NCBI GenBank assembly: GCA_964016885.1
Contig: OZ024743.1
Coordinates: 180,296,001-180,360,000, forward strand
Length of the DNA: 64,000 bases
Source of the DNA: Eledone cirrhosa
Lineage: Eukaryota
Direction of reading: 5' to 3'
The position numbers were made by a program, and so were the translations under genes. A model generated the notes under the pieces. That model searched no databases. It saw nothing but the letters and a program-made list of their open reading frames with translations, and was not told where the DNA came from. This document shows, in pieces, positions 27,101 through 39,560 of this stretch (the first letter of the stretch is position 1; every line of letters begins with the position of its first letter).

Positions 27101-28091
27101 ATGAAGGGAATACACAGGCATGGCTTCTATATATAGTAATGGCATTCAATCAGAACAATAACAACAATACTAACAATGCTAGCAATAAATTATTTGAAAT
27201 GGTACATTGTTTAAAGCCACCGGCTTATCTCTACACTATATATAGTACACCCCATGACAGCTATTACATGTCAATTTCATACATCTGCCTCATGTCAGCT
27301 CGTTTTACACGCTAAAGTCGTAGATATACTATATTTCTTACTTAGATTGATGTTGTGATTATTTCAAATAATTTATTGTTAGCATTGTTAGTATTGTTGT
27401 TTTTGTTCTGATTGAAACTTGAGACAGAAATCACTCTACTCCGTCTAAGAGTGCCAAAATTTAAAGAAAAATTCGAAAAATGTGACACTACCATCGGTAA
27501 TGCACGAGAAAAACTCCATGACATTTGGAAGAATGATACAACCAGAGAGGAATTGAAATCAAAGAAAATCTTGGAGTCAAGAACACAATGGCTACAAGAA
27601 TATGAAAAAAACTAAGGGAATGATATTCTATCTTCAAGTAACGGGATTCTCCCCATTTCTTTTCTTTAAAAAAATCTCATATTGAAAAAGAAAAATAGTT
27701 TATGACACTCGTACTTTCAAATATTCGATCGCCGAAGAGGAGAAAAACCCTCAGAGGTACAATAACATTTCATTAATTCCCCTTCCCCACACCAATGTAT
27801 ATATGAACTTAAACACTTGAGTAGATGTGTGTACATATATGTATGTATAGATGTGTTTTTTATATATGTATCTGTAAGTATACAGATATATGTGTACATG
27901 TTTATATGTATGTGTGCATATGTGTGTGTATATGTGTGTATGTATGCACGTGCGTATGTGAGATATATATATGTGTGTGTGTATGTGTGTATATATATGT
28001 ATATATATATATATATATATATTTATTTATAAATTATTAAAAAAATAATGAATAAACAAAGAAACAGTTCCTTATATTAAAAAAAATTTTC

Positions 28092-28221
28092 ATTATTTTA
28101 CGATCGTTTCTAGGATATATATGTGTTAGAGTTGGTATGCATATTCTATAGATCTATGTACAATATTTATACAAACTATCAGAGGGAATATACACATATA
28201 TATGCTGTCTTCAGAAATAAT
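28092..28221 (-). ncRNA. Type I hammerhead motif with ~100-nt stem II (left arm of palindrome)
   Basis: AUUAUUU-CUGAAGA-CAGCAUAUAUAUGUG...CACAUAUAUAUCCUA-GAAA-CGAUCG-UA-AAAUAAU. Confidence 0.7.
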
Positions 28222-28354
28222 TTCTGAAGACAGCATATATATGTGTAGGTATGTATATTCCCTCTGATTGTTTGTATAAATATTGTACATAGATCTATAG
28301 AATATGCATACCAACTCTAACACATATATATCCTAGAAACGATCGTAAAATAAT
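28217..28354 (+). ncRNA. Type I hammerhead motif with ~105-nt stem II (right arm of palindrome)
   Basis: CUGAAGA 28224-30, GAAA 28336-39, ACGAUCGU palindrome, GUA triplet, stem I with one A-A mismatch. Confidence 0.7.
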
Positions 28355-28548
28355 GAAAATTTTTTTTAATATAAGGAACTGTTTCTTTGTTTATTCATTA
28401 TTTTTTTAATAATTTATCTTGACTCTGTTTTCCGTTTATTTTTCACCGAAAGTAGTTTTTGAATGCATCTTCTCTTTTCATGATATCCGGATTACATTGA
28501 GTTCTTCATACGGATTGGACACTACCGTAAACTTTTGGTAGATTTTTC

Positions 28549-28589
<41 letters not shown>

Positions 28590-29002
28590 ATATATGTGTG
28601 TGTATATGTATGTGTGTGTGTATGTATATGTATGTATATATATATATATATGTTTGCACCTTAGTTGAACTTTATTGTATATGACAATTATGAAAATTGT
28701 TTCGATATCAATCAAGTCATGGTTCGATCATGTTTAACAACCATAGTAATAAACCATTTGTTTCTATTTATATATATGTATCTTCGTCGGTATCTCTTTA
28801 CATGTTATACACATATATACCCACTGCATATCACTGAAGTGTTTGCTTTCCAATCCCCAAATCATGTTTTTTAACCCTACATTTATCACTGTATATAGTT
28901 ATATTTTCAAAGTTACTTATACAGTTTGTGATGTATATCATCTATACATACATGCTGAACATTTACGTAATTCTATCCTAGAAATAAATCAAAATGTCGT
29001 TT

Positions 29003-29195
29003 GGTGGATCGGCAGATCGGTAGAGGGTCTGACGCCAGGCTTTGCAGCAAAGGGTTACGACCCTTCATGATCTGAGTTCAAATTCCACCGAGGTTAACTT
29101 TGCCTTTCATCCTTACGGGATCGATAAAATAAAGTACCAGTAATACACTGGGATAATTGCTGACATTGTGCCAAAAGTAGAAACAATTATTATTT
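29003..29195 (+). mobile_element. tRNA-derived SINE family 1
   Basis: TCGGTAGAG...TCTGAGTTCAAAT...GAGGTTAACTTTGCCTTTCATCCTTACGGG.TCGATAAAATAAAGTACCAGT...GTAGAAACAATTATT; the core resembles the Meta-domain SINE consensus (inference). Confidence 0.8.
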
Positions 29196-29229
29196 TGAAA
29201 ATTCTTAAAGATCCTGATTGTTATCTATT

Positions 29230-29665
29230 GCAAAATCTATTTATGTATATTATATTGCAAAATCTATTTTATGAACATGACAAATTAATTTATAAATCCG
29301 CCTGCGTAATCCTGATAGATGATATTTGAAACGCCAGTTGATTTTAAAAGCAAATCACTACAGGCGCCATTTGCATGGAAGTCAGCAATTAACTAGGGAT
29401 TTAAAGCAGGACAACAAATATATCATTCATATCTTATCGATACAGATGTCAAATGCCGACAAGTTTCAGTCTTATTAGAACTTTTCAGTGATACATAGAA
29501 TTATGGGCTACTGAAATATTAATAAATGAAATACAAGCGGCCTGCGCATGGGCCCCATTTGCTCATAATAGTGAGAGATGAGGAGAGTGAGAGAGGCGGA
29601 GGTAGTGACTATTCCAGCATTGCTGATGTGTTTTGTAGATTAAAGGTTAGGTGATTACAATAATA
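29230..29665 (-). repeat. Right arm of the inverted repeat with 22522..22982
   Basis: Reverse complement with scattered substitutions and two non-matching blocks. Confidence 0.85.
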
Positions 29666-29789
29666 ACAGCAAATATAGACTTCAAAGAGAAAGTGTAGAG
29701 TCGTTAGAACGTCAAATATGCTTTATGGTATTCGTTGCAGCTTTTGTCTCTCCCGTGGTCAACTTTGTCATTCATTATTTCGAGGGCAG

Positions 29790-29975
29790 TGTATTGGCAG
29801 TATCGGTAGAGGATTGGACGCCATGCTTTCTAGCATAGTTATGTCCCTTTACAGTCTGAGTTTAAATCCCGCCGAGGTTAACTTTGCCTTTCATCATTAC
29901 GGGGTCGATGAAATAAAGTAGCAGTAATGTACTGGGTAATTGCTGGCCTTGTGCCTAAAGTAGAAACAATTATTT
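29790..29975 (+). mobile_element. tRNA-derived SINE family 1
   Basis: Same head and core as 29003 and 31830. Confidence 0.8.
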
Positions 29976-30345
29976 CGAGGTCGGTCCATTACCAGTCCAT
30001 TACTGGTGAGGGGGGGGGGGGCAATTCTTGCTCTACATTTCTTTCTCACTTCCTCTCGCTCTCTCTCTGTCCCTTTCTCTCATTTTCTACTTCTCCAGAA
30101 GAAAGTTGTTGTCTTTTTCATTATCTCTCCCTCACACTCTCACACTTTATCTCACTTTATCTTAACCTGGTAGAAATTTGCTGTCTTTCTCTCTTTCTCT
30201 CTCTCTCTCACACACACTCTCAATCCTTCTCTAGAAGAAATCTGCTGTGTTCCGAGCTGGAGAGGCATGGGCCTCACCAGATTTACAATGTTCAGGAAAC
30301 GCCGTATACGGTTCTTCTATGAGTCTAACAGGAGTTACGAGATAA

Positions 30346-32268
30346 CACCGTGTAACAAAAAAAAATTTTCTCTGTTCCTGGCTTGTAATCACCTTTTTTT
30401 GTGTTGCTTAGGTCCCAAATAAATTTTAAAAAAGTGCTATTAAACAGTTAAAAATTTGGGTTTGTAAAAATTCTAAGCTATTCACTAGAATTATTTGTAT
30501 GCTGGATTTTACGTTGTATGCAAGTTTAATTTGCTTATGTTAAATGATTTTTTTTATATATGTTAAAATTATAAAATAAAGAGTAATACCTAAAGAAAAT
30601 TATAAAAGTGCAATAAAGTATAAAATTGTTAAAAAGTGGATTAAAGAGAATTATTGATACTGGATGTTCGCACCCTGAATAAAGGGTAAGTTGTGTTTTA
30701 AGCATTCGTCTCCAGGATGAAGCAGTGGAACTTGGTCAAGGAGGAAGTGCAGGTGACTAGTCAGAGAAGTCGACACGAACCTTTCTCAGGCTTTTACACT
30801 CTTAGGGATGGCCTCTGCTTTTGACATGACGTGCCTGGACTGTTTGACGTTATTGGGGTGCCGTTTGTGCCCAATGAGTGGCGGCTATTTATAGACAGCT
30901 CCACCACAAGTTTGAAGGCTGTCTTCCTCCACAATGGAAACAAGTTCCCGACACTGCCCCTAGCTCATTCAGTCTGCCTGAAGGAAGATTACTACAGTGT
31001 GAAAGTCCTCTTGGAAGCTCTGCAATACAACCAGTACAATTGGGAAATCATTGGAGACTTCAAGGTGGTGGCTTTCCTGCTTGGACTCCAAGGAGACTTT
31101 ATCAAATTTCAATGCTTCCTCTGCCTTTGGGACAGCAGAGCCACCTCTGACCACTACAAAAGGAAGAACTGGGAGCAGCGAACAGAATTTATAGTTGGGA
31201 CCCGGAACGTCATGTGGGAGTCACTGGTTGATCCCAGGATTGTGCTCATGCTGCCACTGCACATTAAGTTGGGGGTTGATGAAGCAGTTTGTGAAGGCTC
31301 TCAACCAAGAATCAGTCGCTTTTAAGTACCTTCTTGAGTTCTTCCCCAAGTTATCTGAGGCCAAATCAAAGGTGGAATTTTTGTTGGACCTCAGATAAAG
31401 AAGATGTTTGATTCTACCGAGTTCTCCAATAAGCTCAATAGGGTTGAGAGAACAGCATGGAACTGTTTCAAGGCAGTTGTTAGAGGCTTCTTGTGCAACT
31501 ACAGAGCTGAAAACTACCAGTAACTGGTGCAGGATCTTTTAAAGGCTATTGGCGCCATGGGATGCAGGATGTCGCTTAAACTCCATATGCTGGACGCTCA
31601 CCTGGAAAACTTCAAGGACAATATGGGCGCCTACTCAGAAGAACAAGGCGAACAATTCCACCAAGATGTGATAGAGCGGAGGTACCAGGGCCACTACAAT
31701 GAAAACATGATGGGGACTATATCTTGGGGCTAGTGCGGGAATGCGACCTGGATTACAACTGCAAATCCAGGAAATCCAGTCATTTCTGACGTGTATAAGT
31801 TGCTTTATAAGTGTTATTTATTTTTACTTGGGTGGATTGGCAGTATCGGTAGAGGGTCAGACGCTATGCTTTCCAGCATAGTTACGTCCCTTTACAATCT
31901 GAGTTCAAATCCCGCCGAGGTTGACTTTGCCTTTCATCCTTACGGGGTCGATAAAATAAAGTACCAGTAATGCACTGGGTAATTGCTGGCCTTGTGCCTA
32001 CAGTAGAAACAGTTATTTATTTTTACTTGTTTGCAAGATAAGCTTGTGTAATAAAATAAATATATACTCTGTTGATTTTAATTATATGAACTGGTAAATT
32101 TAAAAAAAATGTTTTTTTTCTTGAAAAATATGAAAATTTCGAAATAGCAAACTACTGACCACAAACCCAAACTTCTAATTAAATAATAGTGTTTCTTTAT
32201 AATAATGGGATATAGCAAACCAAGAAATGACACTTAGAACCGGGGAACAAATAATATATTACACGGTG
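30346..32268 (+). mobile_element. Chapaev3-type (CMC superfamily) DNA transposon, internally deleted and degenerate
   Basis: Termini CACCGTGTAA / TTACACGGTG with TAA duplicated at 30343-45 and 32269-71. Transposase relic WRLFIDSSTTSLKAVFLHNGN, PLHIKLG.MKQFVKAL, MSLKLHMLDAHL, EEQGEQFHQD. Confidence 0.8.
31830..32018 (+). mobile_element. SINE family 1 nested in the Chapaev element
   Basis: Full head and core; ATTTATTTTTACTTG occurs on both sides (~31817 and ~32015), a probable TSD. Confidence 0.8.
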
Positions 32269-32734
32269 TAATCACATCATTACAATAAAGGAAATACTAT
32301 GTTGTAATAAAACAAACATATTTCTAAAAATAATTACTAATATAGTTTACATAATACTAGGTTATATATATAGACAATGGGTATTTTCTAATTGTATTAG
32401 AATAGAAAAATAAGAGAACGGTTTTCTTCCGGAGTTTCACTGTTAGTAAAAGTTAACAGCTGTTATATTCCTGTTTACCTAAAATTGTAGCAAAATACAT
32501 CCGCGATTGCTAACCTATATTCCAGGTTGCTGGTTCTAAATATATTTTCTGTTTCATTAAAGAAAGTTATGAAATAATTCTCCATCACTTTTTTCAGGCA
32601 TAATTACTGTGCATATGTTTCAAATATAAACTGATAAGCTGTTCAAATTATTTGGCATATTAACAAAATTTCAAGAAATTTATGCTTGTTACTAAATCGA
32701 TATATTTATGTATTTTGTACTAGCGTTATTATTG

Positions 32735-32745
32735 AGCTGCTGCTG

Positions 32746-32776
<31 letters not shown>

Positions 32777-32920
32777 GTCCACTTAATCTTTGGTGTATCG
32801 TGGGGACAGAGACCTCAAAAACGCCTTCCAGTGGGTCCTGTCAGAAGCAACTATTTCTAATTAATACGGCTAGATCTCCAAACGAGTCCAACCATATTCC
32901 TTTTAATCTACCTCTAGGTT
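32735..32920 (-). mobile_element. Decayed RTE-like LINE 3' end with (TAG)n tail
   Basis: Minus strand LEIVASDRTHWKAFLRSLSPR resembles the 13567 fragment; ends in (GTA)n. Confidence 0.45.
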
Positions 32921-33544
32921 TCATGCAAGCTTATTTAGCCCGCAAAATCTGCCCAACGATTCTAACTTTATACGACGCCATCAAATCACATGTTGATATA
33001 CGTAGAAAAGTATTCATATTTCTTCTAGATAGTTTCTTGAAATTAGAATAAGCTACAAATTACATAATTTACCTAGTTTAGCAAATATCTAGTCATTTTC
33101 GTTAAATGGAAAAAAACAAAACCATCATCGTTAAATTTAGACTGAATCAATAAAATATGTTTAAAAATACAAGTAAAAAAATATTTAAGTTCCAGAATGT
33201 TAATAATCTGCAATGTATTTCAAAACTAATAACGCATGTAAGCAGACAATCCAAAAATAGTAGAAAATATATGGGTTAGGTTACGGTTATCATTTTAATA
33301 GTTAATGGAACCAGATAAATATTGTCATTCCTAGAATCTTCGGGGAATCCTAAAAATACTCAGACTGTGATGATGTAAGAACAAATTAATACTATATGAT
33401 ATTAAACAAATTTATCATACATAATGCTTTCTGAGCTTCTGATTTCGGCACATGACCAACGAATTTTGGCGAGGAAAAAGTCGATAAAATTGACCCAAGT
33501 GCATTACTAGTACTTTATTTTATCTACTTCGTAAATTATACATA

Positions 33545-33730
33545 ATTGTTCTACTTTTTGGCACAAGGCCAGCAATTACCCAGTGCATTACTGGTACTTT
33601 ATTTTATCGACCCCGTAAGGATGAAAGGCAAAGTTAACCTCGGCGGGATTTGAACTCAGACCATAAAAGGCCGTAACTCTTTGCTGTACAGCATGGCGTC
33701 TGACCCTCTACCGATACTGCCAATCCACCT
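33545..33730 (-). mobile_element. SINE family 1
   Basis: Reverse complement of the same head and core. Confidence 0.8.
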
Positions 33731-34758
33731 GTAAATTATACATAATGACATGAAGACACTCTTTCGTCATCAGCCATTTACAAATCTCTGATGCTTTACA
33801 TATACGCAAGTTATCCCTCGATATCAATAACATGATAAAATATATAGACAGAAATGATTGATATTGTCTAGCCATCTCCATATGTAATATTATGAGACTG
33901 TTTCATGACGAATATATTTCTTTATATCGTGTCTACTATTATAAGTATTGAAAATAGTTAATATCTCATTATTTCATCAAGAAACTTCCTGCGAAAGCCT
34001 CTGTGATTTATCGCTACTGGAAGCATTATATTGATGCGTTCGTCTGTGGAAAAATTTGATCATTTCTTCTTCAGGAAAAATGGGCAATACATTTCAGGAC
34101 CTCCAAAAGTGATATGTAGATGGGTGTCTGTAGGAAAAAAGGGGACAGGAAAGGAATCCCAGATAGTTAGAGTATTGCGTATAGATAGAGTATGGGTGTT
34201 GGTGAACTAATTTATGTGGGGTGCTAGAGATGAAGAATAGCATGAGTCACAGAAGGACGGGTAGTTCAGAAAATTATAAGAGTGATAGGGTTTAATCATG
34301 TTTACAATTAAATCTTTGATGTGTTCTTTTGAATAATATCTTGACAGTTTTGAAGTTTCGAAGAATAGCCATTGTACCTTTCTACAGGTATAAGTAATAC
34401 ACCGAAGTTAAGCCTACTTAAACTTATTTGAGACTATTCAGGATCTAGAGGCGGCTAATAAATGATAAATATAAATCCAGATCAGATATTATAAGAAATA
34501 TTCTGATAGTATCAAATAAGAAACGGAATATATTGTACTTGCTGAATTTCGTCGATAGAATATTCTTTAAGTATGCTGGAGCACAAGAGTCAAGGGCTTT
34601 TTAGTTAATTATATCGACTTCAATGATATATCTGGTATGTGTTTTAGCAAAATTCTCAGAAACGGTGTAAACGCGGAAAACTCGATTTTTTTGCCTGGCG
34701 TAAGAGTTACGTTTATACTACGTATATATTAACTTATGCATACACATATACACACACG

Positions 34759-34829
<71 letters not shown>

Positions 34830-34964
34830 ACACACAAACACAATCAAACATTTCTTCCTCTACTTTCTACATAATACGTCAGAAATGTTCCTATATTTCT
34901 TTTTCTCGTTTTCAATATTTTTACTCTCTCTCCAATTTTATCACAATTTGTTTCCTTTTCGTTT

Positions 34965-35083
34965 CTTTCTGAAGTTAGGTTAATGTCCGAAACATTAAAG
35001 CTTCTTTTATGATGCATTTAACATGCTAAAACGTTTTATTATAGTCTTATGATAAAGGGTGTTTAAACCCGAAATATTAGGAC
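34965..35083 (+). ncRNA. Relic tandem minimal hammerhead motifs (decayed)
   Basis: CUUU-CUGAAGU...CC-GAAACAUU-AAAG and GUCUU-AUGAUAA-AGGGU...ACCC-GAAAUAUU-AGGAC. Confidence 0.45.
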
Positions 35084-35257
35084 ATGTAAATGAAATAAAA
35101 GGTGACACACCAACAACTTTGTTGCCTTCAATTTATTCTGAAATCTACCTTCAAATAACATACTGCTTTATACACTAACACAATGCTGCAAGCAAATTAC
35201 AACAGCCTCTGATACTAAAAGAATATTTATCGTTGTTCTGCATCATTTTGAGTTGCA

Positions 35258-35445
35258 GCGGATTGGCAGTATTGGTAGAGCGTCCGACAACAGGCTTTGT
35301 AACATAGAGTTACGGCACTTTCCATTCTGAGTTCAAATCCCGCCGAGGTTAACTTTGCATTTCATCCTTAGGGGTCGATAAAATAAAGTACCAGTAATGC
35401 ACTTGGTATTTGCTGGCCTTGTGCCAAACGTAGAAACCATTATTT
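35258..35445 (+). mobile_element. SINE family 1
   Basis: Same head and core. Confidence 0.8.
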
Positions 35446-36060
35446 CTGGGTTGCCGATTTATGTTTGGTGTGCGTTACTTACAAATATATATTTATGGAG
35501 GAAACTTGTTGAATTCACAATTGACTAGAATTTAAAATATATATATACCCCAGATTGTGCTACCATTACACCAACACATTACCCATCTCCTTCCATTCAC
35601 AGTTGTGGGTTCGACTCCTATGTACGTCAATACTCATCTTTTTCCATTTCTTGGAAGATTTTAAACTCCACTATCAGGCTAAAATTTCTTTAGTAAAAGA
35701 TTACGGCGAAAGCTTATATATATATATATATTCTGCTGAGGATTAAAATCCAACCGTGACCATCTCCACTGAAAGTTTTCATGAAATAGTCTTTTAAGAC
35801 TATACAGAGCATTTGATGTTATTCCAAATTGAAGGATAAATGTTTTAAACTTTATTTTATAATGAGTTAAAGGTCTATTGATTTTTCCCTGGATTTCACT
35901 AAATTCTGTGGATGAATTTGTATCCTGATTCTCTTTTGAGATGAGTTTGAATTATTTTTCATAAATCTTACGTTAACTACTTTTCCCATCTTGACGTTAT
36001 AGTCGCATATATGTTATAGAATACTATTAGCTTCTCGCTAAAACAATCTCTATACCTCTC

Positions 36061-36104
<44 letters not shown>

Positions 36105-36203
36105 TTTTGGTTGACAGCTGAGAGAAAAGAGTACTCAATACCGAAGTAGAGTTTTGATATTCATTTTATTTCGCCTGTTTTTCATAGGGTCATCATATAT
36201 AAC

Positions 36204-36267
36204 GTAGTAGTAGCAGTAGTAGTAGTAGTAGTAGTAGTAGTAGCAGCAGCTGTATTATTATTATTAT

Positions 36268-36348
<81 letters not shown>

Positions 36349-36372
36349 CAGCAGCAGTAGTAGTAGTAGTAC

Positions 36373-36431
<59 letters not shown>
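36204..36431. repeat. (TAG)n/(CAG)n/(TAT)n microsatellite
   Basis: Read directly from the sequence. Confidence 0.95.
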
Positions 36432-36769
36432 TCAATATACAGCAATAGTATGGTAATATGTCAGGTTGTAATTAGAAATGTCTCAAATTTCAGAGTTGGT
36501 TTTCCCTACAATCAATAATGTAGCAAAGCGAATATAAGATTGGAAAGTTGACTCTGCTTATTTTTATTGCTACTTCTTTTGTTTCGCTCTCGGTGAAATC
36601 TAGCTTGATGTAAAGAGCGGAAAATGTTATATTCTGGTTGATTAAAATTGGCGATAAGATAAGTAAGTTGCCAACTTTTTGTATGGTCTCCTGAACAATT
36701 ATATTGACAGAAGAGACTCACAACTGTAACGTTACACAAGTGCAACTTTTGTAAGTTTTAACCACATTT

Positions 36770-36806
36770 CATATGATCAACGTTTATAGGATTGTGTGTA
36801 GGACTG

Positions 36807-36884
<78 letters not shown>

Positions 36885-36896
36885 GTGTTTGTTTGT

Positions 36897-36927
<31 letters not shown>

Positions 36928-36937
36928 CCATCTAGTT

Positions 36938-36968
<31 letters not shown>

Positions 36969-37046
36969 CATCTAGTTTATGTGTGTGATTTCTTCTGTTC
37001 AATGTTTATAGGATTGTGTGTATGACTGGCTCTCTGTGTGTATATA

Positions 37047-37077
<31 letters not shown>

Positions 37078-37202
37078 GTGTGTGTGCCATCTGGCGTATG
37101 CGTGCGTTAGTGTGCGCCATATAGTTTATGTGTGTGTTTTCATATAATCAACGTTTATAGGATTGTGTGTAGGACTGGCTCTCTGTGTGTGTGCGGGGTG
37201 TC

Positions 37203-37256
<54 letters not shown>

Positions 37257-37330
37257 TGTGTGTCATCCAGTGTATCATCCAGTGTATGTGTGTATGTGTC
37301 TGTGTATCATCTAGTTTATGTGTGTATGCG
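36770..37330. repeat. (GT)n microsatellite with repeated CAA(C/T)GTTTATAGGATTGTGTGTA and GCCATCTAGTTTATGTG blocks
   Basis: Blocks recur near 36778, 37000 and 37149. Confidence 0.8.
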
Positions 37331-37830
37331 TGAGCTTTGTCGTTATATAGGGAGAACGAAAAAATAGGGAGTGATATTGGAAAGGCAGAGATAGAAAGAA
37401 TGTGTGGGTTAGATGGATAGAAATATTCATCAGTATTATCATCATCGTGCTAATTATCAACGTTAATAATTGTACTTCTCCATTTGTCCCTATCCAGCAC
37501 GGGTTCTGCGAGTTCATTCTTTCTAGTATTCGTCGTTTTACAAACCCACACCAGAAACTTATCATAAAGCCGCCCTCTTGATGTTCTACCACGTGTGGGT
37601 TGCCTTAGCACTAACTAGTGTAATGTCTATATCTGATATATTCACCATACCTGACCTATAAGACCATTTCTCTGATATTATAGTCCTACATGTATATATA
37701 AACGCGGGATAGTCACAATTGAAACAGCTTTTATCATAGTTTTACTTATTCAGGGATAATACAGACCAAACAATCAAAAAGAGAAAAAAAAGAGCGATTA
37801 AGAGAAAGGAGAGATAGAAAAACAAGGTAA

Positions 37831-37875
<45 letters not shown>

Positions 37876-38039
37876 AAGAAAGTTAGATAAAAGAACTAGG
37901 ATGAGTGAGAGAGAAATAAAGAAAGATAGATATAGGGGAAGAATGAGGAAATGAAATACGACTGAGAAACTTAGAGAATAATTGATTTGTTTATTTCAGT
38001 ATATTTACATACACATCTAATTTTTATATAAAGAGGAAA

Positions 38040-38355
38040 GTCCACCAGATTGCTTGGTCACTAATGCCCGTGGGATGCACCGAGAATGTTCTCCGAGGCA
38101 CAAGTCTGGGCGAGGTGTGTTTGTCAAAGAGCAACAGTTACTCGTGCATAACAGTCTCCCCTCTCCACACCACTGATGTGAAAGGCAATGGCCGATACAG
38201 CTTGGAACCAGTGACGTCGCAACTCATTTCTACAGTTGAGTGAACTGGAGCAACGCGAAATAAAGTGCCTTGCTCAAGGACACAAAAAACTGCCTGGTAC
38301 GGGAATCGAATGCACAACCTTGCCCAATTCTCTAACTACTAAGCCACGAGCTATC
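38040..38355 (-). mobile_element. tRNA-derived SINE family 2
   Basis: Shares GTGACGTC.CAACTCATTTCT, GGCGAGG and CCGATA.AGCTTGGAAC with the reverse complement of 15688..16030. Confidence 0.7.
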
Positions 38356-38553
38356 AAAATTCATATATATATTTATTTATATAGGCAGCTAAATGTTCTG
38401 GTTCTTTCAAAACTTAATAAGCTAATAGATTTTTATGTGTATCGGTGAATAAAATATATTAAGAATATTGAATATTCAAATATTGAGATATATATTTACA
38501 TTACATTAATAGCGGAATTTTCTTAAATAAACAATGTCAAGTTATATTTTTAT

Positions 38554-38621
<68 letters not shown>

Positions 38622-38654
38622 ACACACACACACACTCACACACACGCACACACG

Positions 38655-38689
<35 letters not shown>

Positions 38690-39315
38690 CACACACATAT
38701 ATATATATAATCAAAGAGGGTTTGGTAAGATACCAGGTGGACCATAACGCACCAGAGTAATGCCGTGGGTAATATGAAAAAAGTCAGGACCCCAACGGCT
38801 GAGCTCCGGCCGTTATATATATGTATATAAAGTAGAAACAATTATTATTTAAAGTAGAAACAGTTATATATATGTATATATTGATATCAATATTTGGATT
38901 GGCAGGCTCATTAGAGTATCGAACAAGATGCTATGACTAGTCGTTTTAGAGGTTTTTCGTTCTATGCTCACATACCGGTAAGGCTAACCTTGTCTTTCAC
39001 CGTTCTCTGTGTCGATAAACTAACATAGTGGTGTTGATGTCATCAAAGGTGACACCTATCTTTCCCTACCACCAATTAAATGTATCTTAATTAGGAAACG
39101 TTCGTGACAGTTTTCACCGTAACATAACAAAATCGTACACATATTGAGGTCAATATGTTTTACTATAGTAAATGTAAAATACCTTTAACACTTGAGTCGT
39201 AAGGCATACATCATAACTCATGGTGTGTGTTCGGCATTGGAAACCTGACGAAACCTGTCCCTTTTCACGCCGAAGAACACCCGATTTCTTCCATATATAT
39301 ATATATATATATATA

Positions 39316-39560
39316 TAGAAGTGGTTACACAACAGCTAGTTCACCATACCGAGAACAATTGTTTCACCTTAGCGGATCCTCAGTTCGTAATGAACATGGT
39401 TATACGTATATACCATGCCCATTACGAGCTGAGGATCCGCTAAGGTGAAACAATTGTTCTCGGTATGGTGAACTAGCTGTTGTGTAACCACTTCTATCTA
39501 ACTCGTCCCATGGACTGAGTGCTCTACCACTACGGATATTACCATCGAGTGTTCTACCAC

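Larger units (their letters stand above)
23136..27416 (-). mobile_element. PLE-D: full-length PLE with upstream partial tandem pLTR and a further inverted segment
   Basis: 23136..23580 is directly repeated at 26766..27200. 27202..27416 is the reverse complement of 23523..23738. The ORF lies between the repeats. Confidence 0.9.
28029..28417. repeat. Near-perfect ~390-bp palindrome (1-nt centre at 28219)
   Basis: CAGAAAT-A-ATTTCTG centre; the arms differ by an 8-bp indel and a few substitutions. Confidence 0.95.

Noticed and set aside
27412-27615. 67-aa charged ORF next to PLE-D
   Set aside because: Possibly an N-terminal retroelement fragment, but no diagnostic motif I can name.
28688-28796. 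Minus-strand CCGACGA...GAAACAAUUUUC resembling a decayed long hammerhead
   Set aside because: Core mutated and stem I does not pair; too weak to call.
33761-33775. Minus-strand CTGATGACGAAAG
   Set aside because: No stem II and no stem I/III pairing; probably chance.
29003-35445. tRNA genes
   Set aside because: A/B-box-like heads belong to repeated SINEs; no complete cloverleaf seen.
39332-39342. ACAGCTAGTTC shared between the 39316 element and the satellite unit
   Set aside because: An 11-bp match is too short to argue the satellite derives from this element.
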